A stretch of DNA of 64,000 bases, taken from positions 37,750 to 101,749 of the IMG/VR virus record IMGVR_UViG_3300023273_000812; one strand, 5' to 3'. Origin of the DNA: a virus (Duplodnaviria; Caudoviricetes). Under the pieces are notes generated by a model. That model saw only the letters and a program-made list of their open reading frames with translations. It had not been told where the DNA came from and did no database searches. Positions within the stretch are counted from its first letter, which is position 1; every line of letters begins with the position of its first letter. The position numbers and the translations under genes are program-made. Below, in pieces: positions 49,241-59,218 of this stretch.

Positions 49241-49489
49241 ATGTTACAGGATGTAGATTGTACCATACAAGGTGAAAACTGTTTTGGAGAGTATGTAAAC
49301 GCTTTTCGAATACTACATGATGGTATAGACATCCTGTTAGACTTTTGTGTGTACTCAGAAGACTTGGGTACAGCAAAGTTAGTTTCTAGATTAAGAGTAA
49401 CAAAAGAGTTTCTAAGCATATTATTTAACAGAGTAAAAGAAACAATCGAAAGTACTCCACTAGGCACTATATACACATTCGGGGGATAA
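49241..49489 (+). CDS. hypothetical protein (DUF3467-like)
   Basis: GEYVNAFRI.H....LLDF ... VSRL.V. Confidence 0.45.
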   Translation: MLQDVDCTIQGENCFGEYVNAFRILHDGIDILLDFCVYSEDLGTAKLVSRLRVTKEFLSILFNRVKETIESTPLGTIYTFGG

Positions 49490-49490
49490 A

Positions 49491-49910
49491 ATGGCTATAG
49501 CAAGAATACCTAGTGCTGGAACAGGTGTCTTAATGACAGATAGTGTAAGAGCCATTCAAACCATACCCGCCTACGCTGCGGTAGGTATTGTAAACGATCC
49601 TGTAAGTAATAACCTAGGTGTTAAGATGGTAGGTTGTAGTTACTTTGGGGATAAGTTTATTGGGTTTCTTAATAGAGGTGTGGAAAGTGGTAATTTTGCT
49701 AACTTAATTTCACATCGTGGTTCAACTTTAACTCCTTTAAGAGAAAACGGTGTATTATTTGAAGTAGGTGATTCTGTTTACTTGTCTAAAACACCAGGGT
49801 ATGTAACTAACCAGTTTAGTTTAGATGCCTTAGATGTTTTAGTACAAGTAGGTATAGCAGTAACACCTACTAAGATAATGTTAAACACAGATTTCCATTT
49901 CATAACATAA
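49491..49910 (+). CDS. capsid fibre/cement-like protein (putative)
   Basis: F.VGD.VYLS..PG.VT......VQVG.A, similar to the C-terminus of 46578..48470. Confidence 0.5.
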   Translation: MAIARIPSAGTGVLMTDSVRAIQTIPAYAAVGIVNDPVSNNLGVKMVGCSYFGDKFIGFLNRGVESGNFANLISHRGSTLTPLRENGVLFEVGDSVYLSKTPGYVTNQFSLDALDVLVQVGIAVTPTKIMLNTDFHFIT

Positions 49911-49920
49911 GGAGTTTATT

Positions 49921-50799
49921 ATGTTTACAAAAGGTGACTTTCAAGAGTATAGAGCGATTACAAAAATTAATGTAGGGGCTTTAGATACTAACTTAGAAAA
50001 GGATGAAGTAATTGCTTTCGATGGTACTACAATGATTAGAGGTGGTTCCGAAGAAACTGTTCCTTCTTTACGAGGGGCTATTAAAGTAGGATGGCTTGTA
50101 ACAGTAGAAAACACTACTGCAACATATACACCAAAAGCAAGTGGTGTAAAAGTACATAAAGCTATTTCTACTGGAGAGAAACAAGAAGAGGTAACTCTAC
50201 AAACTATTGTAGAAGAAGAACGAGAAGTAAGTACTGTAACAAAAGACTTGTCTACTGTTTCAGGTGATCAAAACGAAGGTCGTGTTATTGCTCGTTTTAA
50301 AAACTCTCCAAAGGCTGGTACTGTTAGAGTAGACCAGATTACAGATACTACAATCCAAAGTATTGATAATAGTACTGTACAAATTGAAAAGGTAAAAACA
50401 GCTTCCACTACTTATACTGGAGATGTAGAAACAGCAATGGCTGGAGATACCTTGGAAGACATTCTACCTAATGCTGTTTCTACTGGAACACCTACAGCAA
50501 CTATTAAAGAAGCCCAAATTAAAGTAGATATGTTGAAAACTTTTGTAACAGATTTCGAGTACGACTTAACTTGGGATAACAATACAAAAGCCGACATGAT
50601 CTTTGCTTATCAAAACAACGAACCAGTGTTTAACACACTTATGTCTATTGAGAACGATACTGTTGTAGAGTATGTAAATGCTCTTATTACACAAACTACT
50701 ACAGAAGACACTACTACACAAACTGTAGAGAACACAGAAACTTTGGATTTGGATAGTGACACAGACACTGTGGACTTGTTCACATCCAGCGACTATTAA
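49921..50799 (+). CDS. hypothetical protein
   Basis: AAGGAG RBS; Thr-rich; VKTAS motif. Confidence 0.6.
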   Translation: MFTKGDFQEYRAITKINVGALDTNLEKDEVIAFDGTTMIRGGSEETVPSLRGAIKVGWLVTVENTTATYTPKASGVKVHKAISTGEKQEEVTLQTIVEEEREVSTVTKDLSTVSGDQNEGRVIARFKNSPKAGTVRVDQITDTTIQSIDNSTVQIEKVKTASTTYTGDVETAMAGDTLEDILPNAVSTGTPTATIKEAQIKVDMLKTFVTDFEYDLTWDNNTKADMIFAYQNNEPVFNTLMSIENDTVVEYVNALITQTTTEDTTTQTVENTETLDLDSDTDTVDLFTSSDY

Positions 50800-50874
50800 C
50801 AATAAACTTGTTATATAGTATCCTAGGGTAGGTATTTCGACCTACCCTGTTTTATTATAATAGAGGAGTACATT

Positions 50875-51384
50875 ATGTATTTATTATTAACGGGCTTATG
50901 TTTTGCCCAAGAGCCTACTTTACCGGAAGTACAACCTGAACAACAAGAAGTGACTGTAGAAGAAGTTGCTGTTGAAGAAGAAGGTGAACCCCGATCGGAA
51001 GAAGTTAAATCGGAAGAAGGTGAAGTACAAGTAGAAGAGGTTAAGTCTGAAGAGGTTGTAGTAGAAGAAACTATTGCTACTACAGACGAAGAAGCGTTAG
51101 AAGATGCAAAGGCTTTCTACAAAGCTGTTGAAACTCAAGATTGGCCGCTGGCTGCAGGTTTCCTTGTAATGTTATTAGTATATGCTTCTAATCGTTTCGG
51201 TTTAAAAGAAAAGGTTGGAGCACATAACATTCCTTATGTGTCTTTAGTACTTGGTATTCTTAGTTCTGTAGGTGTTTCTTTAGCCTCTGGTGGTTCTATG
51301 GGTGTAGCACTCGAAGCGGGTGTAATCGCAGGATTAGCGGCTATTGGTTCATGGGAGACTGTATTTAAGAAGTTTCTTAAATAA
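50875..51384 (+). CDS. exported/membrane protein, holin-like C-terminal TM domain
   Basis: Very short signal MYLLLTGLCFA, acidic linker, three TM helices ending GLAAIGSWE..KK. Confidence 0.55.
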   Translation: MYLLLTGLCFAQEPTLPEVQPEQQEVTVEEVAVEEEGEPRSEEVKSEEGEVQVEEVKSEEVVVEETIATTDEEALEDAKAFYKAVETQDWPLAAGFLVMLLVYASNRFGLKEKVGAHNIPYVSLVLGILSSVGVSLASGGSMGVALEAGVIAGLAAIGSWETVFKKFLK

Positions 51385-51465
51385 ACAATAATAAGTCTAT
51401 ACCTAAAACACTATGTACAGTATGTATGTGTACATAGTGTTTTTCATTGTAAACGGAGTAAAAAA

Positions 51466-51822
51466 ATGAGAAGGAATAAAGTAGCACGAGCCCAGCGCGT
51501 AGATAAAGCTTTAGATAAGGCTTTTAAAATACAGGAAAGAAAACCCCCTATTATGGGTATGCCTAATCTAACTTGGGTTAATGACGGTGGTGGTGATTTT
51601 TTTGTGAATATTAATGGGGACAAGGACCGAGGGGTTTACGGACAAATTCTGGAGACGCGTTGGGCCTTGATGACTTCAGATAAAACTTTAAAAAAGTTAC
51701 CTAAATTCTTGTACGCTGACATATATGAGAGTCCTAAAGGAATAATGATGACAGAGGACCCTGCCTATGTAATTGGGGCTATTGAAGAACTCGAAAAGAT
51801 GATTTTAGATTTACTAATGTAA
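51466..51822 (+). CDS. hypothetical protein
   Basis: GGAG RBS; basic leader MRRNKVARA. Confidence 0.6.
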   Translation: MRRNKVARAQRVDKALDKAFKIQERKPPIMGMPNLTWVNDGGGDFFVNINGDKDRGVYGQILETRWALMTSDKTLKKLPKFLYADIYESPKGIMMTEDPAYVIGAIEELEKMILDLLM

Positions 51823-51855
51823 GTGTGTTAATCCCTATACATAGTAGAGTACAAT

Positions 51856-51886
51856 AAAAGGATGACGGTTATAGTCATCCTTTTTT
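51856..51886 (+). terminator. intrinsic terminator
   Basis: AAAAGGATGAC-GGTTATA-GTCATCCTTTT plus T-run. Confidence 0.8.
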
Positions 51887-51930
51887 ATTAGACAATAATG
51901 TTTTTATACAAGATGTAAGGTAGGCGGTTT

Positions 51931-52563
51931 ATGAGTATACAAAAAGAAACATTCAGAAAAGCCAAAGGAAATATGAATATGGGTTTTACATTAGAACATA
52001 CAGATAAAACTACATCGTTTAAAGGTGAAGTGTTTATTGAGTTAGTAGATAGTAATGGTGAATTACTACATAAAGAACACAAAAAGAACATCATTACATT
52101 AGACGCTGGTATCTTAGCCGCTATCTTGTTTAAAGATCCAAGTTCAAGAAATAACGGTGTTAATATGTTGGCTGTAGGTACAGGTGCCACAGGTGCTTTA
52201 TTATCACCAGACGCTCCAGACCAAAGACAACGTAAACTCAATGCCGAAATCTCTCGTAAACCTTTTACACAAACTGTCTTTAGAGACGCAAGTGGAGCCG
52301 CTGTAGGTATACCTACTAATGTGGTAGACTTTACTTGTACTTTTGATGAAGGGGAGGCTGTAGGACCTTTAAACGAAATGGGTTTATTGTCTACTATATC
52401 GGATAACACTGGTATTAAGAATGACAATCCAGATAGTTTTCCTACAAGGGATTTAACACAAGACTTAACATTGTATGACATTCTTATTAACTACTTAACC
52501 TTTTCGGTTATTTCAAAACCATCCACTGCTAGATTAACAATTACTTGGCGTATAACATTCTAG
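51931..52563 (+). CDS. tail-collar/baseplate-type structural protein
   Basis: KNIIT..., AVGTG, L..EI.RK, F.....EA.G.L.EMGL, I.K.....L.I.W.I.F pattern of tail-fibre N-terminal/collar domains. Confidence 0.65.
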   Translation: MSIQKETFRKAKGNMNMGFTLEHTDKTTSFKGEVFIELVDSNGELLHKEHKKNIITLDAGILAAILFKDPSSRNNGVNMLAVGTGATGALLSPDAPDQRQRKLNAEISRKPFTQTVFRDASGAAVGIPTNVVDFTCTFDEGEAVGPLNEMGLLSTISDNTGIKNDNPDSFPTRDLTQDLTLYDILINYLTFSVISKPSTARLTITWRITF

Positions 52564-52572
52564 GAGACTCTT

Positions 52573-53013
52573 ATGAGTGAAATTAAAAAACTATACAGCC
52601 TAATAGCCCCGGCTATTAGAAAACAAGACCTGGATCTTTTAATCCAGTTGGAAGAATTAGACCTTGCTTTAAACGCGGGTTTACATAAACAGATTTTTAA
52701 CGGTGCTTTAGACATTGTACAAAAAACTTTTGAAGCCGGTCTGGGCGATGAATGGTTCGAGTATGATGATATGAATAATTACCAATGGGAATCTTCTAAC
52801 CCACTCTCTTACACATTAACAAACCTAGGTAGTCTGGGTTTCGCAGACACTCAGGCTTTTATAGGGGATATAAAGTCTGTGGATAAACAAGTAAACATTA
52901 AAGTCGATTATCCACGTGACGAAACAGTTATCACATTAACTTGGCCTAAGTTTAGATCTGTATTAGACATTAAAAAAGTAAACGAAGCCTTAAAGCGTTT
53001 TAGACGATTATAA
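52573..53013 (+). CDS. hypothetical protein
   Basis: AGGAG RBS. Confidence 0.6.
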   Translation: MSEIKKLYSLIAPAIRKQDLDLLIQLEELDLALNAGLHKQIFNGALDIVQKTFEAGLGDEWFEYDDMNNYQWESSNPLSYTLTNLGSLGFADTQAFIGDIKSVDKQVNIKVDYPRDETVITLTWPKFRSVLDIKKVNEALKRFRRL

Positions 53014-53022
53014 TCGGTTCGT

Positions 53023-53319
53023 ATGTATACAGTACAGTTTACTTTTAGTTTAGAGGGTCAGTCCTATCCACAGGGTGACCCTTTCCATTGTAGTACAGGT
53101 GAAGAAGCGGTTATTAAAGCCTTGTTATATTTAACAACGGCTATAAGTAACTGTGACTTTGTAGTTATGGAATTAAAAGACAACAGTACTGTAATATACT
53201 TTTGGGAAGACCCTAGTGTACAAATACAAATAACTCCCAATGTGTTAACAAAGGGAGTTACTAAGGTTGGTCCTAAGTCTTTAAAGACTGGAATGTCTGT
53301 AGGTGTTGTAGAACTTTAG
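53023..53319 (+). CDS. hypothetical protein
   Basis: ORF in operon context. Confidence 0.5.
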   Translation: MYTVQFTFSLEGQSYPQGDPFHCSTGEEAVIKALLYLTTAISNCDFVVMELKDNSTVIYFWEDPSVQIQITPNVLTKGVTKVGPKSLKTGMSVGVVEL

Positions 53320-54641
53320 AATGCTAGTTGAGTAATACCTAACTCTTTAGCCAGTTGGTTTCTATTGTCTTCACCTTTATAAATCTTACCTTCGAAGTAA
53401 AGAATACCGTCATGGATAGGAGCAGCCCAGATATGTTCTTGACCATTACTATCTAAGATACCAAAACCAACACCATGTTGCCAATCTGGTCTAGGAGATA
53501 CACCAGGTGTACCACCGTCAATACGACATAAACAACCTGGTTGCATTACAGTAATGTTTCTAGACCCTTGTGGTGTTTCTACACGACCACAAGCTAACTC
53601 TAAACCGTGACCATGTCCTTTCACCATTGAGTAAGACTTAGTACGGGCTAACTTACTTGTTACACCTTTACCATGTCCTTCGCCATGACAGATTTGAATA
53701 CAATCCCATAACCAGTAATCCGCAGGGAATGGTTTAATGTATTCAATTTCAAGTTGGTCTAAGTGTAGTAGTCTTTCAATACACAATGCAGGTAATGTTT
53801 CACCTGCAGGTGCTAAATGAGTAGTCTCGGGTAATAACTCTGTAAGGGCTTTTTGAATCCTTTGTTCGTGATTACCCTCTAACCATATTATCTGTGCTGT
53901 AGGACACGCTTCCCTAATACGACACAAGTCGTAATACAGTTCATTAATAGTTACAGATGTTGTCTGTCTATATTCAGGAGGTCTAGGAAACTTTAAAGAC
54001 CATTGTGCTAAGTCTAACATATCCCCTAACAGAACAATTACTTCTGGTTGCCAATCATAAGCCAGTTTAATAACAGCATCAATACCTTTACGATCGTGGA
54101 TAGGTTCTAACTTAGTATAGTCTGAACTCCAAACATGACCATGTTGTGTGTCTGGAATAAACAAAACCTTTTTATGGTTGGTAGACTTCTTAGGTGTTTT
54201 AGGTGCTTTAAGTTCGATCTTGTTAGCGGGTTTAATTTCGTCTACAAGTCTTCTTTCTAAACGGGCTTTGATTTGATACAAAGTAACAATCTGAGGTGTT
54301 CCACTCTCAGTACTTTGTGCTTGTTCCCATGTATTAATAGTATGTGCTACTACTGTCCACTTATCTAAGTCTGTATTAGTTGCTTGTAGTAGTTCTTCTA
54401 AAGAAGTAACCCTACGACCAATAGAGGAGTATTCTTTTTCGTATTCGTCATCACACAAAGTATCGATTCTTTGTTTAGTTAAAGGGGCCTTATTAGTTTC
54501 ATTGTGGTATCTCTTAATGTAAGAAGCGTACCCCATTGAGATACCAAGGATGTTAGAGATGTCTTTATTAGTGGCTTTATTCCAATCTACTAAGTGTTTT
54601 TTGTCTTGGTAGATTTGAAGTAAGTTTTGGCTGATTTTCAT
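53316..54641 (-). CDS. calcineurin-like metallophosphoesterase with N-terminal HTH
   Basis: PDTQH, LGDMLD, EGNHE, CHG, GHGH motifs; N-terminal NKDISNILGIS HTH-like segment. Confidence 0.85.
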   Translation of the reverse strand: MKISQNLLQIYQDKKHLVDWNKATNKDISNILGISMGYASYIKRYHNETNKAPLTKQRIDTLCDDEYEKEYSSIGRRVTSLEELLQATNTDLDKWTVVAHTINTWEQAQSTESGTPQIVTLYQIKARLERRLVDEIKPANKIELKAPKTPKKSTNHKKVLFIPDTQHGHVWSSDYTKLEPIHDRKGIDAVIKLAYDWQPEVIVLLGDMLDLAQWSLKFPRPPEYRQTTSVTINELYYDLCRIREACPTAQIIWLEGNHEQRIQKALTELLPETTHLAPAGETLPALCIERLLHLDQLEIEYIKPFPADYWLWDCIQICHGEGHGKGVTSKLARTKSYSMVKGHGHGLELACGRVETPQGSRNITVMQPGCLCRIDGGTPGVSPRPDWQHGVGFGILDSNGQEHIWAAPIHDGILYFEGKIYKGEDNRNQLAKELGITQLAF

Positions 54642-54648
54642 CTGTACC

Positions 54649-55503
54649 TCAAAGTTGGTTGATAACTGCTACAATATGTTTACACAGTTTGTTGTTTTGG
54701 TTTGGGTCTTTTACTTTCGGCTTAGTGGCTGTACCTTTCGGCTCTCCTAGTAAGTACCCTTGTTTAAAAGCCCAATACTCAGGACCCGAGTATTGGAAAA
54801 AGTTACAGTCACAGACTACATTAATAGAAGGCTCTGTTTGAACCTTTACCTTATAATCATTAGCCTTGAACAGTAATACACCATTCTTACTGTTAAGTTG
54901 TTTAATTTGTACACTGTCCGCGTTTTGTTTAATACTAGGGTTAAGACCCTTAGTTAGACTTTGTAGTGTGTTAGACTGTTTTGTGTACGCGTGTACAACA
55001 TTTAAAACAGAAGCCCTTCTTGTTGTATTACGATTCTTATTTTTCTGACGCCGTTTCTTTATTTGTTTCTTAACACTTGGTTTGCGTTGGTACTTCTTTT
55101 GGCGTTTAAGGATCTTTTGTTTATTCTTACGATAGTACTTTTTAGACTTTTGTTTATCCCGACCCTTTTGTTTCTTTTGTCTTTTCCAAGCGTTTTCTTC
55201 TTCTAACTCACCCTCTTTGTCCATACCTTCTTCTATAGACATATATCTGTCTACTACATTGGCAGTCATTGTTCTTCTAGTAACAGAGTACCCATCCTCT
55301 TTATATGGTACACCATATTGAGCACCGGGTAGGCTTTCTGTTCTTGGTTGTACATTCTCTGGTTTTGTAAACTCGACATTATCTATGTAAGTTTCACTAC
55401 GGGATTCTGGTAATGCTGAGTCCGGTTCTCTGTCGGAGTTTGTTGGTAAGTTGTAAACGGACTTAGGACTAACATTGTTGTTAAGTAAGTTAGATCTTTT
55501 CAT
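54649..55503 (-). CDS. SWIM-type zinc-finger protein with long basic tract
   Basis: CDC..F.Y....Y.A...DP......CKH; K/R-rich middle; likely start ATG 55503 after a promoter-like motif. Confidence 0.65.
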   Translation of the reverse strand: MKRSNLLNNNVSPKSVYNLPTNSDREPDSALPESRSETYIDNVEFTKPENVQPRTESLPGAQYGVPYKEDGYSVTRRTMTANVVDRYMSIEEGMDKEGELEEENAWKRQKKQKGRDKQKSKKYYRKNKQKILKRQKKYQRKPSVKKQIKKRRQKNKNRNTTRRASVLNVVHAYTKQSNTLQSLTKGLNPSIKQNADSVQIKQLNSKNGVLLFKANDYKVKVQTEPSINVVCDCNFFQYSGPEYWAFKQGYLLGEPKGTATKPKVKDPNQNNKLCKHIVAVINQL

Positions 55504-55587
55504 GTTATACCTGTTTATTAGTTTATAGTTTATATAGAAACATAAACTAAGTATTGTTTTCATGTTAAAATTAAAAAGGAGACTGTA

Positions 55588-55833
55588 ATGACTATTACAA
55601 TAAATATGTATAAAATTAACTCTAAGACTAACACTTATACCTTTCTTAATACTATGGAACTGGAGAGTGGTGATAACACTACTTGGAAAGAACATACACA
55701 TCCTAGAACAGGACAGTATGGTAAAGCCTTTAAAAAAGGTGTGTTAGAAGCCTTAAAGAAAGGACGGGCTGTAACAGAGTACAAAGAACCCCATGAAGGA
55801 TGGTTTCAGCTTGAGTTTACCATTAACGATTAA
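55588..55833 (+). CDS. hypothetical protein
   Basis: AAGGAG RBS. Confidence 0.55.
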   Translation: MTITINMYKINSKTNTYTFLNTMELESGDNTTWKEHTHPRTGQYGKAFKKGVLEALKKGRAVTEYKEPHEGWFQLEFTIND

Positions 55834-55894
55834 TGTGTTACAATAGACTTCCTATCCGTAGGATGAGTGTAACATTTAAAACGAGGAGACTATA

Positions 55895-56071
55895 ATGTTA
55901 ACAATGTTAGTATTGCTATTGGCTTGTGGAGATAAATCGGAAGACTCTGCATTAACCGAACCTTCAAACGAAGAAACAGCTACAGAAGAACAAGTAGAAG
56001 ATACTGGAGCAGAACAAGGTGAAGATACAGGTTCAGAGGAACAAGTAGAAGACACAGGCTCTGCAGAGTAA
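55895..56071 (+). CDS. small lipoprotein (58 aa, not in ORF track)
   Basis: GAGGAG RBS; MLTMLVLLLA-CGDKSEDS lipobox; three EDTG repeats. Confidence 0.75.
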   Translation: MLTMLVLLLACGDKSEDSALTEPSNEETATEEQVEDTGAEQGEDTGSEEQVEDTGSAE

Positions 56072-56095
56072 GTTTTAGTTATAACTAAATACAAT

Positions 56096-56125
56096 AAAGG
56101 CTACCTATCGTGGGTAGCCTTTTTT
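56096..56125. terminator. bidirectional terminator between convergent genes
   Basis: AAAGGCTACCTA-TCG-TGGGTAGCCTTT plus T-run. Confidence 0.8.
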
Positions 56126-56138
56126 ATTACACGTTTTA

Positions 56139-56993
56139 TTAAAGTCTGTCTAGTAAAAACCTAACCTCAACATCACCACCACTATATGTTTCCATACCAT
56201 TAGGATCTAAGAAGTTTAACTCTAGTATTAAAGTGTAAGACATCTTGTCTGTCATAATAGAACCTTCAAGGGTCTTTTTAGCGTCTTTAGGTATACTCAA
56301 AGAAAACAAGTTTCTTTGAACTAGGTTGTCCTCGTCTATAACAACATCAGACATATCAATAGCATGACGAACATCTATGTTATCTACAACACACTTTCGC
56401 ATTATAAACTCTTGTTGGTGAATACCTGTTTCGTCTTTTACAATAGCCTCTAACTCTAATTCTCCACTTACAATGTTTGAATCGTAGTCTATAAGTAGAG
56501 TACCCTCTAAAGCCGTTACATTATCTATCTTATAGGCCTTCTGTGAAAATAAAGCGTAGGGTTCCATCCCTAAGTGTTCGGCTACCATGTCCTCTACTTC
56601 ACTAGAAGATATAACTTTACCTTTGTATACATAGTTATATACCTTAGGCATAAAGTAAAGGTAATTATCTCTGTAGGATAAGTTGTCGTTAAACGGTTGG
56701 CTAGACCAATCCTGAAAATTACTTTCAAGTGGTGTTATATAATAATTTACTAAGGCCTTGTATACAAGTGCTATTAAACCTTTCTCTTCGGGTTCCAAAG
56801 TAACACTTAGTTCAAATGCTTGTTGGAAGTAATCTGGGTCGTTTGTTTTTAAAATTGTTTGTATCTTCTTACCATATTCGCCGTTAGAGGGCCTTCTTGC
56901 TATCTCTGAAGGATAATCATAAATAAATGTTTGGTATAACTCCCCCAGAGTAGAATCCTCAAAGGTTATGGCGTGTAAGTCAAAGATAGACAT
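56139..56993 (-). CDS. hypothetical protein
   Basis: GAGGA RBS; contains KIQTILKTNDPDYFQQAFEL helical module. Confidence 0.65.
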   Translation of the reverse strand: MSIFDLHAITFEDSTLGELYQTFIYDYPSEIARRPSNGEYGKKIQTILKTNDPDYFQQAFELSVTLEPEEKGLIALVYKALVNYYITPLESNFQDWSSQPFNDNLSYRDNYLYFMPKVYNYVYKGKVISSSEVEDMVAEHLGMEPYALFSQKAYKIDNVTALEGTLLIDYDSNIVSGELELEAIVKDETGIHQQEFIMRKCVVDNIDVRHAIDMSDVVIDEDNLVQRNLFSLSIPKDAKKTLEGSIMTDKMSYTLILELNFLDPNGMETYSGGDVEVRFLLDRL

Positions 56994-57064
56994 AACTATT
57001 CCTCATGTTGTTTATTATATATTGTGTATAGTACTATAATATGTTTATTGTAAGGAGTTTAACC

Positions 57065-57448
57065 ATGCCTTTTTATAGTTATAAGTGTGTAGAGTGTACA
57101 AGTGTTTTTAAAAAGTTACTACCTTTCTCCCAGTCCACATTAACACAAACTTGTACAGAATGTAACAGTACCAATACACACAAGGAAGTCACGATACCAC
57201 AAGTAGTGTTTAAGGGTGACGGTTGGGCTGATAAGAACGCTCGTATTAAACAACAGATGGGTATGAAAAATAAAAAGTTATCCAAAAAAGAAGACCAGAT
57301 AAAACGAGAGGAGTTAAATGTAAAGTTGGCTCCGAATGTTGAGGGTGAAAGAGTAGAATCGTGGGGTGAGGCTGTTAAGTTAGCCAAGTCTAAGGGGAAG
57401 GATACAACACTTTACGAAAAGAAAGCCCAAGAATCAAAAGAATCATAA
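57065..57448 (+). CDS. FmdB-family zinc-ribbon protein
   Basis: MP.Y.YKC..C...F........C..C.S, F.G.GW; AAGGAG RBS before 57065. Confidence 0.8.
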   Translation: MPFYSYKCVECTSVFKKLLPFSQSTLTQTCTECNSTNTHKEVTIPQVVFKGDGWADKNARIKQQMGMKNKKLSKKEDQIKREELNVKLAPNVEGERVESWGEAVKLAKSKGKDTTLYEKKAQESKES

Positions 57449-57493
57449 CAATAATGTGTTTATAGATTTAGTTTTGTTAGATAGGAGAAGTTT

Positions 57494-58183
57494 ATGTCCT
57501 TTGTAACATATCCAAATCTAATAGATAGATTCAATAACTCTGTATACTTACAGGTTGTGGAGAAACATTTAGATAAAAACACTTATAGTGTAAAACTACA
57601 AGGTTCTAAAACACTGAATCCACCTGTTGCGGGTGATATGGTTACAGTGTTAAAAGGGCAAGACTATATGTCTAGTTCTATTAAACAGAACCGTACAAAT
57701 ATAGTAGAGCGTTCTAGAAAAGGTTGTATGTACATTAACATTGACCCAGATGATTACGCTTCTACTACCTTTCATGGAGAAGGTGCTATTAACTTTGTTC
57801 GTATACTAGAGTTAGATAGTGCTGGATCTGTTCTTAAAACTGGTGGTTGGTTAGTTGTACCTACCGCTAGTTTTGTACATGCTCAACAAGGTCTACTGGC
57901 CGTCAATGGAACAGCCCCTAGTGTAAGTACACCTACTACTTATAGTGGATTACCTCCCGTAGATAGTATGAGTGTATTGTTTCCAAGTAAAGTTGAGCGT
58001 ATAACTTTTTACAATACTGGATCTAATCCTATTTTTATAGCCTTAGGTTCAGGTTTACAAGAGGTACAAGTTGCGAATGGTGATTCTATTACCTTTCACG
58101 ACTCTGGAACTTCAACTATCTTTCTTAGAGCCGTAGGTGGTACTTCCACCTTCACTTTAAATTGTGTGATACCAAAAGGTTAA
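57494..58183 (+). CDS. putative structural protein
   Basis: AGGAG RBS, promoter-like motif, beta-rich C-terminus. Confidence 0.5.
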   Translation: MSFVTYPNLIDRFNNSVYLQVVEKHLDKNTYSVKLQGSKTLNPPVAGDMVTVLKGQDYMSSSIKQNRTNIVERSRKGCMYINIDPDDYASTTFHGEGAINFVRILELDSAGSVLKTGGWLVVPTASFVHAQQGLLAVNGTAPSVSTPTTYSGLPPVDSMSVLFPSKVERITFYNTGSNPIFIALGSGLQEVQVANGDSITFHDSGTSTIFLRAVGGTSTFTLNCVIPKG

Positions 58184-58240
58184 CACATAATCCAAAACCC
58201 CTTATCACGAAAGTGATGTTTTATTTATTAGGAGAATATA

Positions 58241-58903
58241 ATGGCTAATAATGCTTATATCTGTCGAGTTCGCTCTGACATCCCTGCTGGAACAATGCAA
58301 GTTACTGATTTGCATCCTAACACTTCTCAGGCTTCTGGTGTTTACCATCCTGTAACTCAATCTGGTTATGTACCTGCTATCGCGGAAAACGATACTTTGG
58401 CTGCTTTGGTTGCTAATGCTACTGTTGCAGAATACAAAGGTCTTTCGGCTTACTTGATCGCTAATGTAATCGACGCTGTTTCTGGTGTTACTATCACTGT
58501 AGCAGTTGCTAACGATACTGCTATTGATCTTATCGCTCTTAAGAACGCTGGGTCTGCTATTACCTTGACTGTAGTTAACGCTCAGTTGGTTGCTAACGGC
58601 GCTGGTGCGGCTACTGCATTAAGTTCTGGTGGGTCTACTGGTTCTTTGGAAGCCGTTCTTAAAATCTTAGGTGGTGGTAAGTTCACTCTTCCTTCTGGAT
58701 CTATTGTAGGTGGTTTGGCTGCTGGATCTGGTTTAGGTTCATTTGACGATGACGGTTATCGCCAAATCTACATCACTGGATCTTTACAGTTGTCTTGTGG
58801 AGAAGGTGTATTGTCTAAGTTGGCAAGTTCCTCTTTCTCATACAAAGGAACTGCTGGAAGAGCTGTTGTTGTATACGACGCTTCTGGTAATGTACTGGCT
58901 TAA
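58241..58903 (+). CDS. putative abundant structural protein
   Basis: AGGAG RBS; Ala/Gly/Ser-rich; MCP-like codon usage; own terminator. Confidence 0.55.
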   Translation: MANNAYICRVRSDIPAGTMQVTDLHPNTSQASGVYHPVTQSGYVPAIAENDTLAALVANATVAEYKGLSAYLIANVIDAVSGVTITVAVANDTAIDLIALKNAGSAITLTVVNAQLVANGAGAATALSSGGSTGSLEAVLKILGGGKFTLPSGSIVGGLAAGSGLGSFDDDGYRQIYITGSLQLSCGEGVLSKLASSSFSYKGTAGRAVVVYDASGNVLA

Positions 58904-58925
58904 TTAAGTTTGTATGTGTAAGTAT

Positions 58926-58957
58926 AGGTGGTAGTAAAAATTACTACCACCTTTTTT
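58926..58957 (+). terminator. intrinsic terminator
   Basis: AGGTGGTAGTAA-AAA-TTACTACCACCT plus T-run. Confidence 0.85.
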
Positions 58958-58967
58958 AAAAGGGTTT

Positions 58968-59207
58968 GTGGTTATGTATAGAACAAGTGATTTATATTTT
59001 GCGGCTTATTTAAAAGTTGCGGGTGTTAAGTTGTTAGACACCGAGTGGGAAGGTAAAAGACTTTTCTTCATTTTCGAGGATAAAGGTCAAGACATAATGC
59101 GTAACTTAAAGAAAGAGTACTTCTCAGATTACGCTAAAGTTAATGCTATGTCTTATGTACAAGCAATTAAATTAATGAAGAATTTAACATTTCAAGATAA
59201 GAAATAA
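58968..59207 (+). CDS. DUF5659-like small protein
   Basis: YRTSDLYFAAYL...G..L.......R..F.F pattern. Confidence 0.55.
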   Translation: MVMYRTSDLYFAAYLKVAGVKLLDTEWEGKRLFFIFEDKGQDIMRNLKKEYFSDYAKVNAMSYVQAIKLMKNLTFQDKK

Positions 59208-59218
59208 AGGTATTTAAT

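Noticed and set aside
55876-56094. 72-aa minus-strand ORF
   Set aside because: Shadow of the plus-strand lipoprotein, which has an RBS, lipobox and terminator
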